Source: Candidatus Hodarchaeota archaeon
GTDB taxonomy: Archaea > Asgardarchaeota > Heimdallarchaeia > Hodarchaeales > Hodarchaeaceae
Direction of reading: 5' to 3'
Assembly (NCBI GenBank): GCA_016840035.1
Contig: JAEOTC010000086.1
Location: forward strand, 32,001 to 96,000
DNA length: 64,000 bases
Under the pieces are notes generated by a model, which was given only the letters and a program-made list of their open reading frames with translations, was not told the origin of the DNA and made no database searches. Below, one piece after another: positions 20,218 through 30,527 of the stretch (within the stretch, counting starts at the first letter, position 1; every line of letters starts with the position of its first letter). Both the position numbers and the translations under genes were made by a program.

Positions 20218-21300
20218 TCACCTGGCACTCAGGGAGGAATTGCAAACTTCACAGACGGCCTCACTTCCCTCGATAATTTGATTCGTATTATTACAGTGAT
20301 GACAGTACACAAATACCTTTTTTTCAGCAAAAAAACCAAAAGTACCTTTACCAGCTAATATAGTTTTATCTGCTTGTTCTTTCATCTTTTTGAACAAAGG
20401 ATTAGATAAATCCTCTAGACTAGAGATGACACTTTGTCGATCAGTATGTTGTTTTCTGGTAGTTTCTTTTTCTTGAAGATATGCTTCACGTTCAGCAGGC
20501 GACATATTTTCAAGCAGTTGTAGTTCTTTCAATCGAAGAGTATATTTGTTTCGTTGATCTAATGACATAGAATTGAGTATTTGCGGAGAAAAAGATGTTA
20601 GTTCATCTAAACTCGATTCTGCGAAATTAATATGCGAGATATTCGTTGAAGATGTGGGATTGTGTGTAGAAACACTTATTGCACCAGGAGGAGGTGGAGG
20701 AGGTGGATTACTTGTTATAGAATTTGAGTGAGATGAAGCTGGGGGTTTTACATCATTGAGTTGAGCAAGATTCGTAGAGATACTATCTCGGACTGAATCA
20801 CTTATATTTTCAATTACTGTCGATAGGTAGTCTTTCGAGGATAGTTCTTGTTGTTTATTTTCGAGAGACTTCATCTGTGTCTCTAATTCCCCAAGACGGG
20901 TTATCAATTCAACTAATTGTTTGTCGGTCTTAGATTCTTTTAACTCCTTCTCAACAAATTTTAGCTCTTTCTGGTTGTGACAAATATAACAGACATCGTT
21001 TATTAATTCATCATTTAAGGTTCTTCGACCACAATTTTGACAAATAGTAAATATTCTTCCAAGTTCAGAAAGCGCGATTTGAATTCTTTTCTCGTTTGAA
21101 CTCAATTTTAACTTGTTAGAATTAGGGCCACGAGAAATTTTGGGTTTATGAACAAAAATCGAATCCTTAGGGTTCCAATCTTTGGCATTAATCGATCCCA
21201 ATTGCTGAAGAGCTTTCTCAATGTTATAAAAGGGCTTCTTCCTGATATGTGATGAAGAGTTAGGATCAAAAGAAGAAGATAATCTTAATTGTTTTGTCAT
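20218..21300 (-). CDS. Zn-ribbon / coiled-coil / polyproline protein
   Basis: CQNC..CYIC, coiled coil, PPPPPPP, C-terminal CHHC..CEVC. Confidence 0.6.
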   Translation of the reverse strand: MTKQLRLSSSFDPNSSSHIRKKPFYNIEKALQQLGSINAKDWNPKDSIFVHKPKISRGPNSNKLKLSSNEKRIQIALSELGRIFTICQNCGRRTLNDELINDVCYICHNQKELKFVEKELKESKTDKQLVELITRLGELETQMKSLENKQQELSSKDYLSTVIENISDSVRDSISTNLAQLNDVKPPASSHSNSITSNPPPPPPPGAISVSTHNPTSSTNISHINFAESSLDELTSFSPQILNSMSLDQRNKYTLRLKELQLLENMSPAEREAYLQEKETTRKQHTDRQSVISSLEDLSNPLFKKMKEQADKTILAGKGTFGFFAEKKVFVYCHHCNNTNQIIEGSEAVCEVCNSSLSAR

Positions 21301-21316
21301 AATGGGATTCCATACC

Positions 21317-21931
21317 TTAATCTAGAGAACTCGCCTGTTCAAGAAACAACTGAGCAACGGCCCGTGTATCTGGATTTATATCCGATTGACTCTCATTAAT
21401 AACGACTAGTGCAATTCTAGCTAAAAAATCGAAGTTTGGATCAAGAATTTGCTGTAATCCAGTTTTCAGAAACTGTGCAGAGGAAATTTCACGCTCTTCG
21501 GCGATTTTTGTGATTCGAATTAATTCTGATTTGATTACATCTGCTACTTGAGGGTCAATTCCTTCTGAAAAATCTTGTGTCTTTGAACGAGTGTGGTTAA
21601 TAGAAACCGTATCTTCTGTTATAAAAGGCCGAACCACATCCAGAGTATCATAAATTAAAATTGCTCGTTGGTCGATAATATACTGCTCATAGAACGATGC
21701 CCAATATGCTCTTTCTGGGAGTCCGATAAATCTTTGCCGTTGTCCTTTTGGTTTCGAAATATTGACAACTGCAATTGCTTTTTTTTCCACTAGTCGTGTG
21801 ACTGAACCGTCAATTTTTCCCCTACTCCAATTTAAGCGCTCAACCAAATCGTTTATCGTGACTGGCCGTTCGAATTTTGAGAGTTTATGAATCAATTCTT
21901 GGTCAGTTTCATCAGCATTGCCTCGTGGCAC
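21317..21931 (-). CDS. N-terminal winged-HTH protein
   Basis: TINDLVERLNWSRGKIDGSVTRLVEK. Confidence 0.65.
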   Translation of the reverse strand: MPRGNADETDQELIHKLSKFERPVTINDLVERLNWSRGKIDGSVTRLVEKKAIAVVNISKPKGQRQRFIGLPERAYWASFYEQYIIDQRAILIYDTLDVVRPFITEDTVSINHTRSKTQDFSEGIDPQVADVIKSELIRITKIAEEREISSAQFLKTGLQQILDPNFDFLARIALVVINESQSDINPDTRAVAQLFLEQASSLD

Positions 21932-22438
21932 TGTGTTAATTCACCCCATTATATTAGGTTGGCTTAAATTAAGTTTACTTTAGGATCAACTGTATTTCTT
22001 AACAGGATACTACTCAGACATGACTATTTTTTCATATTTTTAGGACCCTAATTTTCTACATGTGTTCTTTATGATATCATTTAGAATTGATATCTACATG
22101 ACTATATAACTTTATTTCTAGATTGAGGATTTAAGTCGGATAATTTTGTTAAAATATTGATATTATGCACGTCTATATAGGCACTGAAAGACGATGAAAT
22201 GAATCTTTTCTAATTTATTTCGTTAACAATAAATAAAACTTGTGATAGCCGTGTCTATGACGTTTTAAAGACTATTGTCCTTAATTTCTATGGTGAACAG
22301 ATTCAGAAGGGTCAAAGATTATTTTAGGCCTGATTATGAAGGATATTGTTTAAGAAGAGAAATCTTTAGAATACTCAAAGCTTTTGTTGATGTAAAATAT
22401 TAAGATCTTTGAGAATTCATAATGTACTGGACTGATTA

Positions 22439-24298
22439 ATGATGGAAATGGATATAAATGACTGTAAGATTGTACTTTTCGATTTTTTTCAGAAAAAAAA
22501 GGCTATTCTTCTTGAAGCTCTCAAATCTGATGAAGTACAAACATTTCTTGAACCCTTAAGCGACATGACAATAATTTTTTCTGATATAAACAATATTGAC
22601 GAGCTTAAGAGTTATCTCAAAACCTTACAGATTCCAAAGGAAAATTTAAAAGATATTTTGATAGTCTTTGATCGTCCATTTCAATCTTCGTTTTCGTGGG
22701 GTTTCCAGGATAAAGAATTTGTTTTCATTCGTCTGGAGAAAGGGACAAAATTATTTCAGAAAAAGAACAGGAAAGGATTGATTGGATTAGTCATCCATGA
22801 AGTTTTACATGGTGTACAGCGTCAAAGAGGATTAGAGATCCGTTTACGAGACTCATTAGATTTTAGCTTAGATTTTTTTACTCAATTAGCAGAGGTCATT
22901 CCTCCTGAGAAATATAAACGTGAAGAAATAATATCATTTCTGAAACAAATATCTCAAGTCGCCTTGTTTGCATTGAAAGATATATTTGTTAATGTAGAAA
23001 TGATAAAAAGAGGTCTTGCTGAATGGTTGGTTATTTTCTACCAGGATGAAGTAGGATTTGGGGAAGAGATTAATATTTCTCCTCCTCAATATGAAACGGA
23101 GTTTGAAAAAGGAATCATTAAAGTAATGGATCTGAATGCATTTGCTAATGCATTCACCTATACTCTTTCATTAATCCCTATTTGGTTGCCATTCATGGTT
23201 CTGGAAACTGACTCCAAAGATTATGAATCTTCACGGAAATTAAAACACTTTATCTTTGAAGAATACTACATTAATCCTTCCTTCATAACTCGAGAAATGT
23301 GGCATATTGAAAATATCTTTCTCGCCAGCTTCTCCTTTTCTAAAAGCTTTCATCGAAAATGGTACGGTGCCATCTTCAACCTTGCACTAGAGTATTTACT
23401 TGGAGAAGATTTTCTATTCTATCATTTATTTAAGGCCACTGAACTTCTAGAAGAACTTTACATTACCGAAGAATCGGAAGAAAGAAAATCAATGGCCATG
23501 ATCCCAATTTTAAAAGCTACTTACATTTATAGACGGGAACACCTAGTTGGAATTCAAAAAAGAAATATCGAAGAATTAAATTCGAAATTGGAGCAATATT
23601 CGATCAGTAAAGACGAACTTTTAGAATTAGAGGAAGCTATTGACAGTTCAGCAGAACATTCTACCTCTCCAGCTCATATGTTTGAAAATCTTATGAAGTT
23701 ATCAATCATGATCATTTCTCGAGATCTGCGTGAAAATGTTTTTTCTGGAGAGAATTTGAAGTTCAAAGTATTCAGTCGAACGATCCTTTCTCTCTTACAG
23801 GCAATTAACTATCTGGGAGACGAATGCGATGATCAATATTACCATACCGTCCGTCTAGGGGTAAAAAGACTTTTACGATCCGATGATTTGTTTAAACGGA
23901 AAAGATGGGTTCTGTTACTAGAGAATTTCGCACAAAATACGATTTTCCAGGGAGAGACCGAACCTACTCAGAATGAAATTGAAGAGTTGATGTACAATTT
24001 TGATTTCTTTGAGATTCCTTTGACTAATTTCTTCATTGATCTTGGAATATCCTTCATTCAGAATATAAAGACCGTAATGAAAACTGTACCTGTCGATGAT
24101 GAGGAATTTCCATTTTTAACCGCCCAACTTATCAATATTCAACTTGGTGGACTCCAGCTTCCAATAGAAGATGATGAACATCTAAACTTGTTGTATGTTA
24201 GTAGTTTAATTGCGACTCGAGGAATTCCTTATCTCCTGATTCAAGTAATGCTTACAGCTTTTCTTCAAGCAAGAGTCCCCCCAGAGGAAGCAGAATGA
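22439..24298 (+). CDS. Hypothetical helical protein with HEXXH motif
   Basis: GLVIHEVLHG; downstream KDIFVN. Confidence 0.55.
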   Translation: MMEMDINDCKIVLFDFFQKKKAILLEALKSDEVQTFLEPLSDMTIIFSDINNIDELKSYLKTLQIPKENLKDILIVFDRPFQSSFSWGFQDKEFVFIRLEKGTKLFQKKNRKGLIGLVIHEVLHGVQRQRGLEIRLRDSLDFSLDFFTQLAEVIPPEKYKREEIISFLKQISQVALFALKDIFVNVEMIKRGLAEWLVIFYQDEVGFGEEINISPPQYETEFEKGIIKVMDLNAFANAFTYTLSLIPIWLPFMVLETDSKDYESSRKLKHFIFEEYYINPSFITREMWHIENIFLASFSFSKSFHRKWYGAIFNLALEYLLGEDFLFYHLFKATELLEELYITEESEERKSMAMIPILKATYIYRREHLVGIQKRNIEELNSKLEQYSISKDELLELEEAIDSSAEHSTSPAHMFENLMKLSIMIISRDLRENVFSGENLKFKVFSRTILSLLQAINYLGDECDDQYYHTVRLGVKRLLRSDDLFKRKRWVLLLENFAQNTIFQGETEPTQNEIEELMYNFDFFEIPLTNFFIDLGISFIQNIKTVMKTVPVDDEEFPFLTAQLINIQLGGLQLPIEDDEHLNLLYVSSLIATRGIPYLLIQVMLTAFLQARVPPEEAE

Positions 24299-24410
24299 TC
24301 CAAAACTCATATTAAAAGGAAATTCTCCCCCTCCTCACAATTAAGGAGGAGATCTCAGAGTATTTGCGCGTAAACGGTCAAGTAACTCTTAACAAAAGAA
24401 AAGGAGGAAG

Positions 24411-24577
24411 CGGCACCAGCAGGAATTTCAGTTAAAAACTGAGTGTTTTTAATTTTTGAACCTGCGACCACTCGGTGTCTGTGTTTCTTTCTTACCGAAA
24501 GATGCCAATTAACAGCCGAACGCTCTACCTCTTCAGAGATAAAGAATAATTCCTTATCCTAACTGAGCTATGATGCC
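24411..24577 (-). tRNA. tRNA-Asn(GTT) with three introns (24531-24560, 24477-24509, 24425-24454)
   Basis: Removing three BHB-like introns (30, 33, 30 nt) gives a 74-nt cloverleaf: GGCATCA/TGGTGCC, GCTC/GAGC, TTCGG-CTGTTAA-CCGAG, GCAGG-TTCAAAT-CCTGC. Confidence 0.9.
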
Positions 24578-24593
24578 TTTTCTACCAAGAATT

Positions 24594-24699
24594 TGGGCCT
24601 GGGGGGATTTGAACCCACGAACCATCCGGTTATGAGCCGGACGCTCTAACCATTTCAGAGGGGGATATCGTTAAACTCCCTAGACTGAGCTACAGGCCC
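24594..24699 (-). tRNA. tRNA with CAT anticodon, probably tRNA-Ile2; D-loop intron 24653-24682
   Basis: GGGCCTG/CAGGCCC acceptor (Ile-like), TCCGG-CTCATAA-CCGGA; 30-nt intron with TCAG/CTGA central helix. Confidence 0.85.
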
Positions 24700-24757
24700 A
24701 ATAGATGTTATTTTGTGGTGTTACCACATTATTTAAGTGATTTCAGCTATTTGATAT

Positions 24758-25339
24758 TTATGTGTTTACCACATAAAGTCCATCTTGAAAGACTGTTGGA
24801 TCTTTGCTTCGTCGTCCTCGCAGTCTTGAGGATTCAGCTAAACGTGCTGCAACTTGGGAAACTATTTCCTTGTCAATACCAGTTAGAGTAACCATTTCCC
24901 CCTTAACTTTGATATTAACCGAGGGATCGTAAGGAACTTTAATGGGATCCCTTCTTCCGTATAGATTCTTAATAAGAATTGTAGACTTTTGGACTTCTAC
25001 CGTGGCGGGAAAGTGAGAAGTTATAATTTGAACCTGATAAGTGTATAATTCTTGAACTCCCTTGATCATGTTGTTTAAATGACCTCTGATTGTCCCTACC
25101 ATTGCAGCATCGGTTTTTTTACCAAAGTGACTAGCAATTGTAAATTTATTATCATCAAGAGTGATTTGAACATTTAAGCGAGTGAAGGATTTTACAATTT
25201 TTCCTTTAGGACCTTCTATTTCGACTGTATAACCCCCACGGATCTGTTTCATGTTAACTTTTATATCCTTAGGGATTTCAACTGTTTTTTCTACAATAAA
25301 ATGAGTCATTGGTTTTTCCACTCCATTTTTAATATACAT
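24758..25339 (-). CDS. rpl6: 50S ribosomal protein uL6 (start probably ATG 25309)
   Basis: [30 protein letters not shown]. Confidence 0.95.
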   Translation of the reverse strand: MYIKNGVEKPMTHFIVEKTVEIPKDIKVNMKQIRGGYTVEIEGPKGKIVKSFTRLNVQITLDDNKFTIASHFGKKTDAAMVGTIRGHLNNMIKGVQELYTYQVQIITSHFPATVEVQKSTILIKNLYGRRDPIKVPYDPSVNIKVKGEMVTLTGIDKEIVSQVAARLAESSRLRGRRSKDPTVFQDGLYVVNT

Positions 25340-25715
25340 AAGCTAATAAACGTCCGCCGAGATTTTTATCTGCAGCTTCGTGATGAGACATGACACCTTC
25401 TGAAGTTGAAACAACAAGTATTCCCATATCTCTAGCTGGAAGGAATCTTTTTTCCCATTCAACATAATCTATAACTTTAACTGGATATCTCGGTTTGATA
25501 ACTCCAATTTTTGTGATTCGGCCTAAAAGCTGTACAGAGATTATCCAAAGATCTTCCATAACTTCAAATTCGCCAATGGTTCCATATTTTTGGATCACAC
25601 GCAAAACATTTGCAATAATTCTACTCGCTGGTCTAATCGTAACTTCTTTACGACCAAGAATTTCCGCATTTGCTATTGTGGACATCGCATTAGCTAGGGG
25701 GTCATGCATAACCAT
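25329..25715 (-). CDS. rps8: 30S ribosomal protein uS8
   Basis: [39 protein letters not shown]. Confidence 0.95.
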   Translation of the reverse strand: MVMHDPLANAMSTIANAEILGRKEVTIRPASRIIANVLRVIQKYGTIGEFEVMEDLWIISVQLLGRITKIGVIKPRYPVKVIDYVEWEKRFLPARDMGILVVSTSEGVMSHHEAADKNLGGRLLAYVY

Positions 25716-25933
25716 ATTTTTCTTCTCTTTTTGGTTTGTTTCATATGAAAATGGCTAGTTAAGCCGAATGATTGGGGTAGAAAGACCTACTTTGCCTTAC
25801 CATCCATCTATACCGTCCATGAACGCACTAGTTAAAGGTTATCGTGAAGGGAGGAGGAGATTTTTTGATCTTTAGAAAAATCTGAGGTTTGCTGCCTCCA
25901 ATAGGGAAGAATTTACTGTTCTAAGAATAACCC

Positions 25934-26449
25934 CTACTTTTGCTTTCTTTTGATCTTAGCAATTGAGCCGATAGTTGTTGCTCGGGGGATAATATCATCA
26001 ACAGTGGAACTTTCGTCAGAGATTTCAGTTTTAAGTTCGATATCTAGTTCTCGCTCTATCTTAGCTACAACTCTGTCAGTAGGTATTACTTTTTCTGATT
26101 CAATTCGTGCCAATAGCGTCTCTTTTTCTTTGATTAATCCAGCAAACTGAGCACGTCCATACCCACGCTTTTTCCGAGCTTCTTGGATTAGAAATCCATA
26201 CCCATCGATAAGTATCTTATCATGAAGAAAGTCCTTCTTCGGTGGTTTCCTAGGAGCAGGTTTTGCTTTAGTTCGAGGCTTAGCCTGATGTTTGCTATAT
26301 CTTGCTCGTTGATCAGGTTTTGGTCGTTTTACTACTGGCTTCCCAAACTTTGCACATTTAGGACAAGCATAAAGTTCTACATGGTCAATTTCAACAAGTG
26401 AAATAAAACCTTCAGATCCGCACATTTCACATTGCTGTATTTTACTCAA
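25934..26449 (-). CDS. mbf1: Archaeal multiprotein bridging factor aMBF1
   Basis: CEMCG..CPKCAKFG Zn ribbon plus Cro-HTH, TTIG; next to PAN. Confidence 0.9.
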   Translation of the reverse strand: MSKIQQCEMCGSEGFISLVEIDHVELYACPKCAKFGKPVVKRPKPDQRARYSKHQAKPRTKAKPAPRKPPKKDFLHDKILIDGYGFLIQEARKKRGYGRAQFAGLIKEKETLLARIESEKVIPTDRVVAKIERELDIELKTEISDESSTVDDIIPRATTIGSIAKIKRKQK

Positions 26450-26790
26450 AAATAAGACTTCCTCAACAGATAATATGAATTCCTGAATTCTATATAACCT
26501 CTTAGTTCAAACCATTAATATTCAGCTAAGATGAAAAATCGTTATTGAAGAATGTATAATATTTTTCCTGCAGCTAAGGAGAAAATTGTATTACTTTTTA
26601 ATCCATTCAACCAACAAAGAAAATTCCTATATACGGTAACCCGTATGAAAAGAAAAATAAAGGATCATTCAGTCTGTAGCTATCAGTGGAAAAAACCTCT
26701 TTCGTTCCTAAAGTTCGTTCAATCAAACACTTTGAAACTTTAGGGAGGAATTAATGGAGATTACTTTCAATCACTAGAGTAGGTATTAAT

Positions 26791-27984
26791 ATGCCAGAAA
26801 GTGTGGATGATAAAAAAACCACGTTCGATGAGTTCACTGATTCTTATACTCGTACAATGGAACGTCGGATACGTACACTGGAAACAGAGAAACAATTATT
26901 AGAAGTCCAGCGAAATAAGCTAGAAGAGGATAGAGATAATCTAAGACTCGAATTACAAAAGCTAAAACAACCTCCTCTCTTCACAGGTACACTTTTAGAA
27001 GTTTTGGAAAATGGAAAAGCGATTGTGAAGAGTTCTACTGGGCCTTCATTTGTTGTTGTAATAGATTCAACAATTCCCAAAGATATTCTTGTTCCAAACA
27101 GCCGAGTTGCGCTTCATCAAAGAAACTTTGCAATTCTGGAAATCCTCCCTCAGAGTACAGATCCCCTTGTTCGAAGCATGGAGATTGATACAAAACCATC
27201 AGAAACATATGGTGATATTGGTGGATTGCGAGATCAATTATTAGATCTTCGTGAAACTGTTGAGCTCCCCCTTTTACAGCCTGAATTATTTGAAAAAGTT
27301 GGGATTGAACCTCCCAAAGGAGTTTTACTTCATGGCCCTCCTGGTTCAGGAAAAACGCTCATGGTGAAAGCAGTCGCCCACGAAACACAAGCTACGTTTA
27401 TTCGAGTAATTGGATCTGAACTCGTTCAGAAATATATCGGAGAAGGAGCTAGATTGGTTCGTGAAGTGTTTGCGTATGCTCGTGATAACTCCCCAAGCAT
27501 TCTCTTTATTGATGAACTGGATGCTATTGGAAGTAAAAGACTTGATATCGCTACAAGCGGAGATAGAGAGGTTCAACGAACATTAATGCAATTGCTAAGT
27601 GAATTAGATGGATTTTCTCCCCGAGGGGATGTGAAGATTATTGGCGCTACAAATCGGGTTGATATTCTTGATCCTGCTTTGATGCGACCTGGAAGATTTG
27701 ATCGGCATATTGAAGTTCCATTACCAGATCTTGAAGAAAGATTAGAAATTCTTAAAATTCATACAAGACACATGAATATCGACAATAAAGTGGATTTGGA
27801 ATCAATTGCAACCCAAATGGTAGAAGCATCTGGTGCGGATATCCGTGCCATAACCCAAGAGGCTGGCATGTTTGCTATCAGAGAAAGGGTCACTATGGTA
27901 AAGTCTGATCACTTTATCTCCGCAATTGGAAAGGTAATTTCTAAGAAAAAAGACATTCTTACCAGTCAAAATGAATATACCTAA
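26791..27984 (+). CDS. pan: Proteasome-activating nucleotidase
   Basis: Coiled coil, OB domain, GPPGSGKT, ELVQKYIGEGAR, SGDREVQRT, RPGRFDR, C-terminal EYT. Confidence 0.95.
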   Translation: MPESVDDKKTTFDEFTDSYTRTMERRIRTLETEKQLLEVQRNKLEEDRDNLRLELQKLKQPPLFTGTLLEVLENGKAIVKSSTGPSFVVVIDSTIPKDILVPNSRVALHQRNFAILEILPQSTDPLVRSMEIDTKPSETYGDIGGLRDQLLDLRETVELPLLQPELFEKVGIEPPKGVLLHGPPGSGKTLMVKAVAHETQATFIRVIGSELVQKYIGEGARLVREVFAYARDNSPSILFIDELDAIGSKRLDIATSGDREVQRTLMQLLSELDGFSPRGDVKIIGATNRVDILDPALMRPGRFDRHIEVPLPDLEERLEILKIHTRHMNIDNKVDLESIATQMVEASGADIRAITQEAGMFAIRERVTMVKSDHFISAIGKVISKKKDILTSQNEYT

Positions 27985-28016
27985 TTTTCACTCGATCTAT
28001 GGTTGAGGGGCAGTCC

Positions 28017-28490
28017 TCATCCATTTTTTACGGAATCCCATTTTGAGTAGCATAGATTCAATACTGCTGTAAATGCAGCAATTGCAGTTTCTTCTTCCTC
28101 TCGTGGGTGATGGAGTTTTTTTGCTGTTAAGTTTTCTATTAGACATTTTGCGAAGTCATTCAATGATACTATACTTTGTATCCAAAAAAATAGGATTAGG
28201 GCTTCAACCTGATCAGCTAATTGCCCTTTTTTCCCCTTGATTCTTAAATATTCGGCCTTAGGCCATAGAGATGATCTGTAAGCGTTAGCTAAAACATGAT
28301 CTGAGACCTTGGTGCCAGTTGTGGCTTCAGTAACTCCGCTTTTAGCCAAAGAATATATGAAATTTACAAAGGAGTCGCCTAGTTTTGCATTTCCTTTGTT
28401 AAAAGTGAAATCACGAATGACCTGTTGAGTATCCTTTCCCTCTAAGGTAGTTTTATACTGATCTTGAATAAAAGACACACTTAAACCCAA
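28017..28490 (-). CDS. Archaeal RNase III-like family protein
   Basis: NKGNAKLGDSFVNFIYSLAKS, ADQVEALI. Confidence 0.8.
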   Translation of the reverse strand: MGLSVSFIQDQYKTTLEGKDTQQVIRDFTFNKGNAKLGDSFVNFIYSLAKSGVTEATTGTKVSDHVLANAYRSSLWPKAEYLRIKGKKGQLADQVEALILFFWIQSIVSLNDFAKCLIENLTAKKLHHPREEEETAIAAFTAVLNLCYSKWDSVKNG

Positions 28491-28514
28491 AATTCAAGGG
28501 CTATAACTAATTAC

Positions 28515-28826
28515 TCATTCTATGCTCGATTCGACAATCTTGGTTAATTCATCACATTGTTTATTAATGGTTTCTGCAGCAATCGCTAGTGCTTCAATTG
28601 GGTTTATCCCTTCAGTGCGAAGATAGAATATCGGATTTTCAAGGAGGGGATGTGGAAATCGATATGCTGCGAATAATACACCATCTTGATCCTTTAAAGC
28701 CTCTCTTAGTAGATTTAGAAAAGTATGATTTTCTCCTGCGACTTCAAATTCTAGTAATGATTCTTCTTTTCGAACGACTTTAGCCTGCAATTGAATTTTT
28801 CGCTCCAGAAGTGATTGTTTTAACAA
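28515..28826 (-). CDS. rpoL: RNA polymerase subunit Rpo11 (L)
   Basis: GENHTFLNLL, AAYRFPHPL. Confidence 0.95.
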   Translation of the reverse strand: MLKQSLLERKIQLQAKVVRKEESLLEFEVAGENHTFLNLLREALKDQDGVLFAAYRFPHPLLENPIFYLRTEGINPIEALAIAAETINKQCDELTKIVESSIE

Positions 28827-28866
28827 CGAATCCTTTCTACCATAGGTTCAAATACTTTCTTTTATA

Positions 28867-29838
28867 CTAATGAGTTTTTTTAGTTAGGTAATTCGCAATC
28901 CATTTGCTTAATTGTGGGGGAACACTTTCTCCAACTTGATTAAATTGGCTGACAATAGGACCAGCAAACGAAAATGAGTCTGGAAAAGACATTAAGCGTG
29001 CATGCTCTCTAACCGTACACAATCGATGGAGAAATGGATGAATGAAACGACTTTTCCCCATAACTGTAGGTGCGTTGGTTTGAGAGTCCAGTCGAATATA
29101 ATTTCTGAAAGTTCTTCTTCCACTACCTGGAAAATAGATAAGAGCTCCGTTTGGAGGTGTTCTTGGAATTTTCTTAGCGAGCTTATGTGGAAGAGGAACT
29201 TCTTCGTGGTTTAAACAATTAAATGAGCTTTGAGATTCTGAGAGTCCACTCAGTACATGCTGAACAGTAGTAATTTCCTTTTCTTCCTGTATAGGAGGAA
29301 ATTCAACATTTGAAATAAAAACTCTCCTTCTAGCACTAGCCACCCCCACGTTTAACGCCTCTAACATATTGAAATGAATTTTAGAATAGCCAGATTTTGA
29401 AAATTCCCTGCGAATATACGTCTGCATGTTTTTACTAGCTACTTGTTGAACATTTTCAATGATAAAGTAACTTGGATTCAGGTCACTAATTAAACGAATG
29501 GTATGAAGCATATTTCTTCCCGTGGCATCTGAATATAGACGATCATAATCAGTCCTTTTTCTATTTACATTTGCGGACGAAAAAGCTTCACAAGGAGGAC
29601 CTGCAAGGATTATATCCACTTGTTTTCCATTTAACTCTTTTAATATCTCCATTGAGTGAAGATAGGTAACATCGCGATTGAGGGTAATTGCAGAGGGGAA
29701 ATTTGTTTCATAGGTTCTGAGAGCCCAATTATTATTGTCTATTGCTAATGATAATTGGTGATGAGGGGAAGCTAAATGAAAACCTAGAGAGAATCCTCCA
29801 GCTCCACAATAAAGGTCAACGATAGTTAGAGGTTTCAA
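28867..29838 (-). CDS. C5-cytosine methyltransferase
   Basis: DLYCGAGG, GPPCE, ENV, RRRVF, TVREHARLMSFPD, QVGESVPP. Confidence 0.9.
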   Translation of the reverse strand: MKPLTIVDLYCGAGGFSLGFHLASPHHQLSLAIDNNNWALRTYETNFPSAITLNRDVTYLHSMEILKELNGKQVDIILAGPPCEAFSSANVNRKRTDYDRLYSDATGRNMLHTIRLISDLNPSYFIIENVQQVASKNMQTYIRREFSKSGYSKIHFNMLEALNVGVASARRRVFISNVEFPPIQEEKEITTVQHVLSGLSESQSSFNCLNHEEVPLPHKLAKKIPRTPPNGALIYFPGSGRRTFRNYIRLDSQTNAPTVMGKSRFIHPFLHRLCTVREHARLMSFPDSFSFAGPIVSQFNQVGESVPPQLSKWIANYLTKKTH

Positions 29839-29840
29839 CG

Positions 29841-30326
29841 TTATTCAGAAATTTGCTTTGAAAGCCCATAAAGAAAAATAGCAGTTGAAGCGACGGGATT
29901 GAGGTCTTTAATGGATTCTTCCAGGAATATACACTCACCTAAATCCAGTTCTTTGCGTGTTAATCCAGAAGGTGAACCTCCGACGACAACTAAAACCTTT
30001 TGCTCCTTAATCTCTTGTATTATGTCCGAAAAAAGAACTAGCTTTTGACCAAATCGTTTAGGAGCAAGTAAATATATCTTATCGGGGTTAAGAGCTTCAA
30101 TAATGTCCTGAATATCTGAAAAGAAGAACAAACTCCCAGGGTTCTCTGAGCCAAGGATAATCTTCTGGGCATCAGGAATCCCCATTGATGCTGCAGATGA
30201 AGTAATTTTACTAAAAATTAAATTCTTGCATAAATGGGGAAAATTAACAACTGTATTTGCGAATAGTTTAACGGTATTAGAACTATGAGTATTATGGAGG
30301 GTAATGAGTAAATTCTGGGTAGACAT
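29841..30326 (-). CDS. DUF2122/COG4080 SPOUT-like protein
   Basis: LHNTHS, SAASMGIPDAQK, VVGG..GLTRKEL. Confidence 0.75.
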   Translation of the reverse strand: MSTQNLLITLHNTHSSNTVKLFANTVVNFPHLCKNLIFSKITSSAASMGIPDAQKIILGSENPGSLFFFSDIQDIIEALNPDKIYLLAPKRFGQKLVLFSDIIQEIKEQKVLVVVGGSPSGLTRKELDLGECIFLEESIKDLNPVASTAIFLYGLSKQISE

Positions 30327-30527
30327 GGTTATTTACTTCCATTTAAACTTTCTTTCTGAAAAGACGGTAAAGTAAACCGTCTCTATTAATATTACACAGG
30401 TCTGACTGACTAGAATAACCTTACTCTCATTAATCCTCGCAAAATTGAATTAAATTTCAATCCCCACTCCCATTAAAAGGATACGAAGGTTAATTAGAAA
30501 GGGATAAGATCGTAGAAAATACAACAA

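Noticed and set aside
24322-24390. Two hairpins (CTCCTC..GAGGAG; AGAGTA..TAACTCT) as SECIS or ncRNA
   Set aside because: No SECIS core or Sec codon nearby; they lie between convergent transcripts and are more likely termination/processing structures
28867-29838. Dnmt2 orthologue
   Set aside because: Lacks the CFT signature; the target-recognition region looks like a DNA MTase
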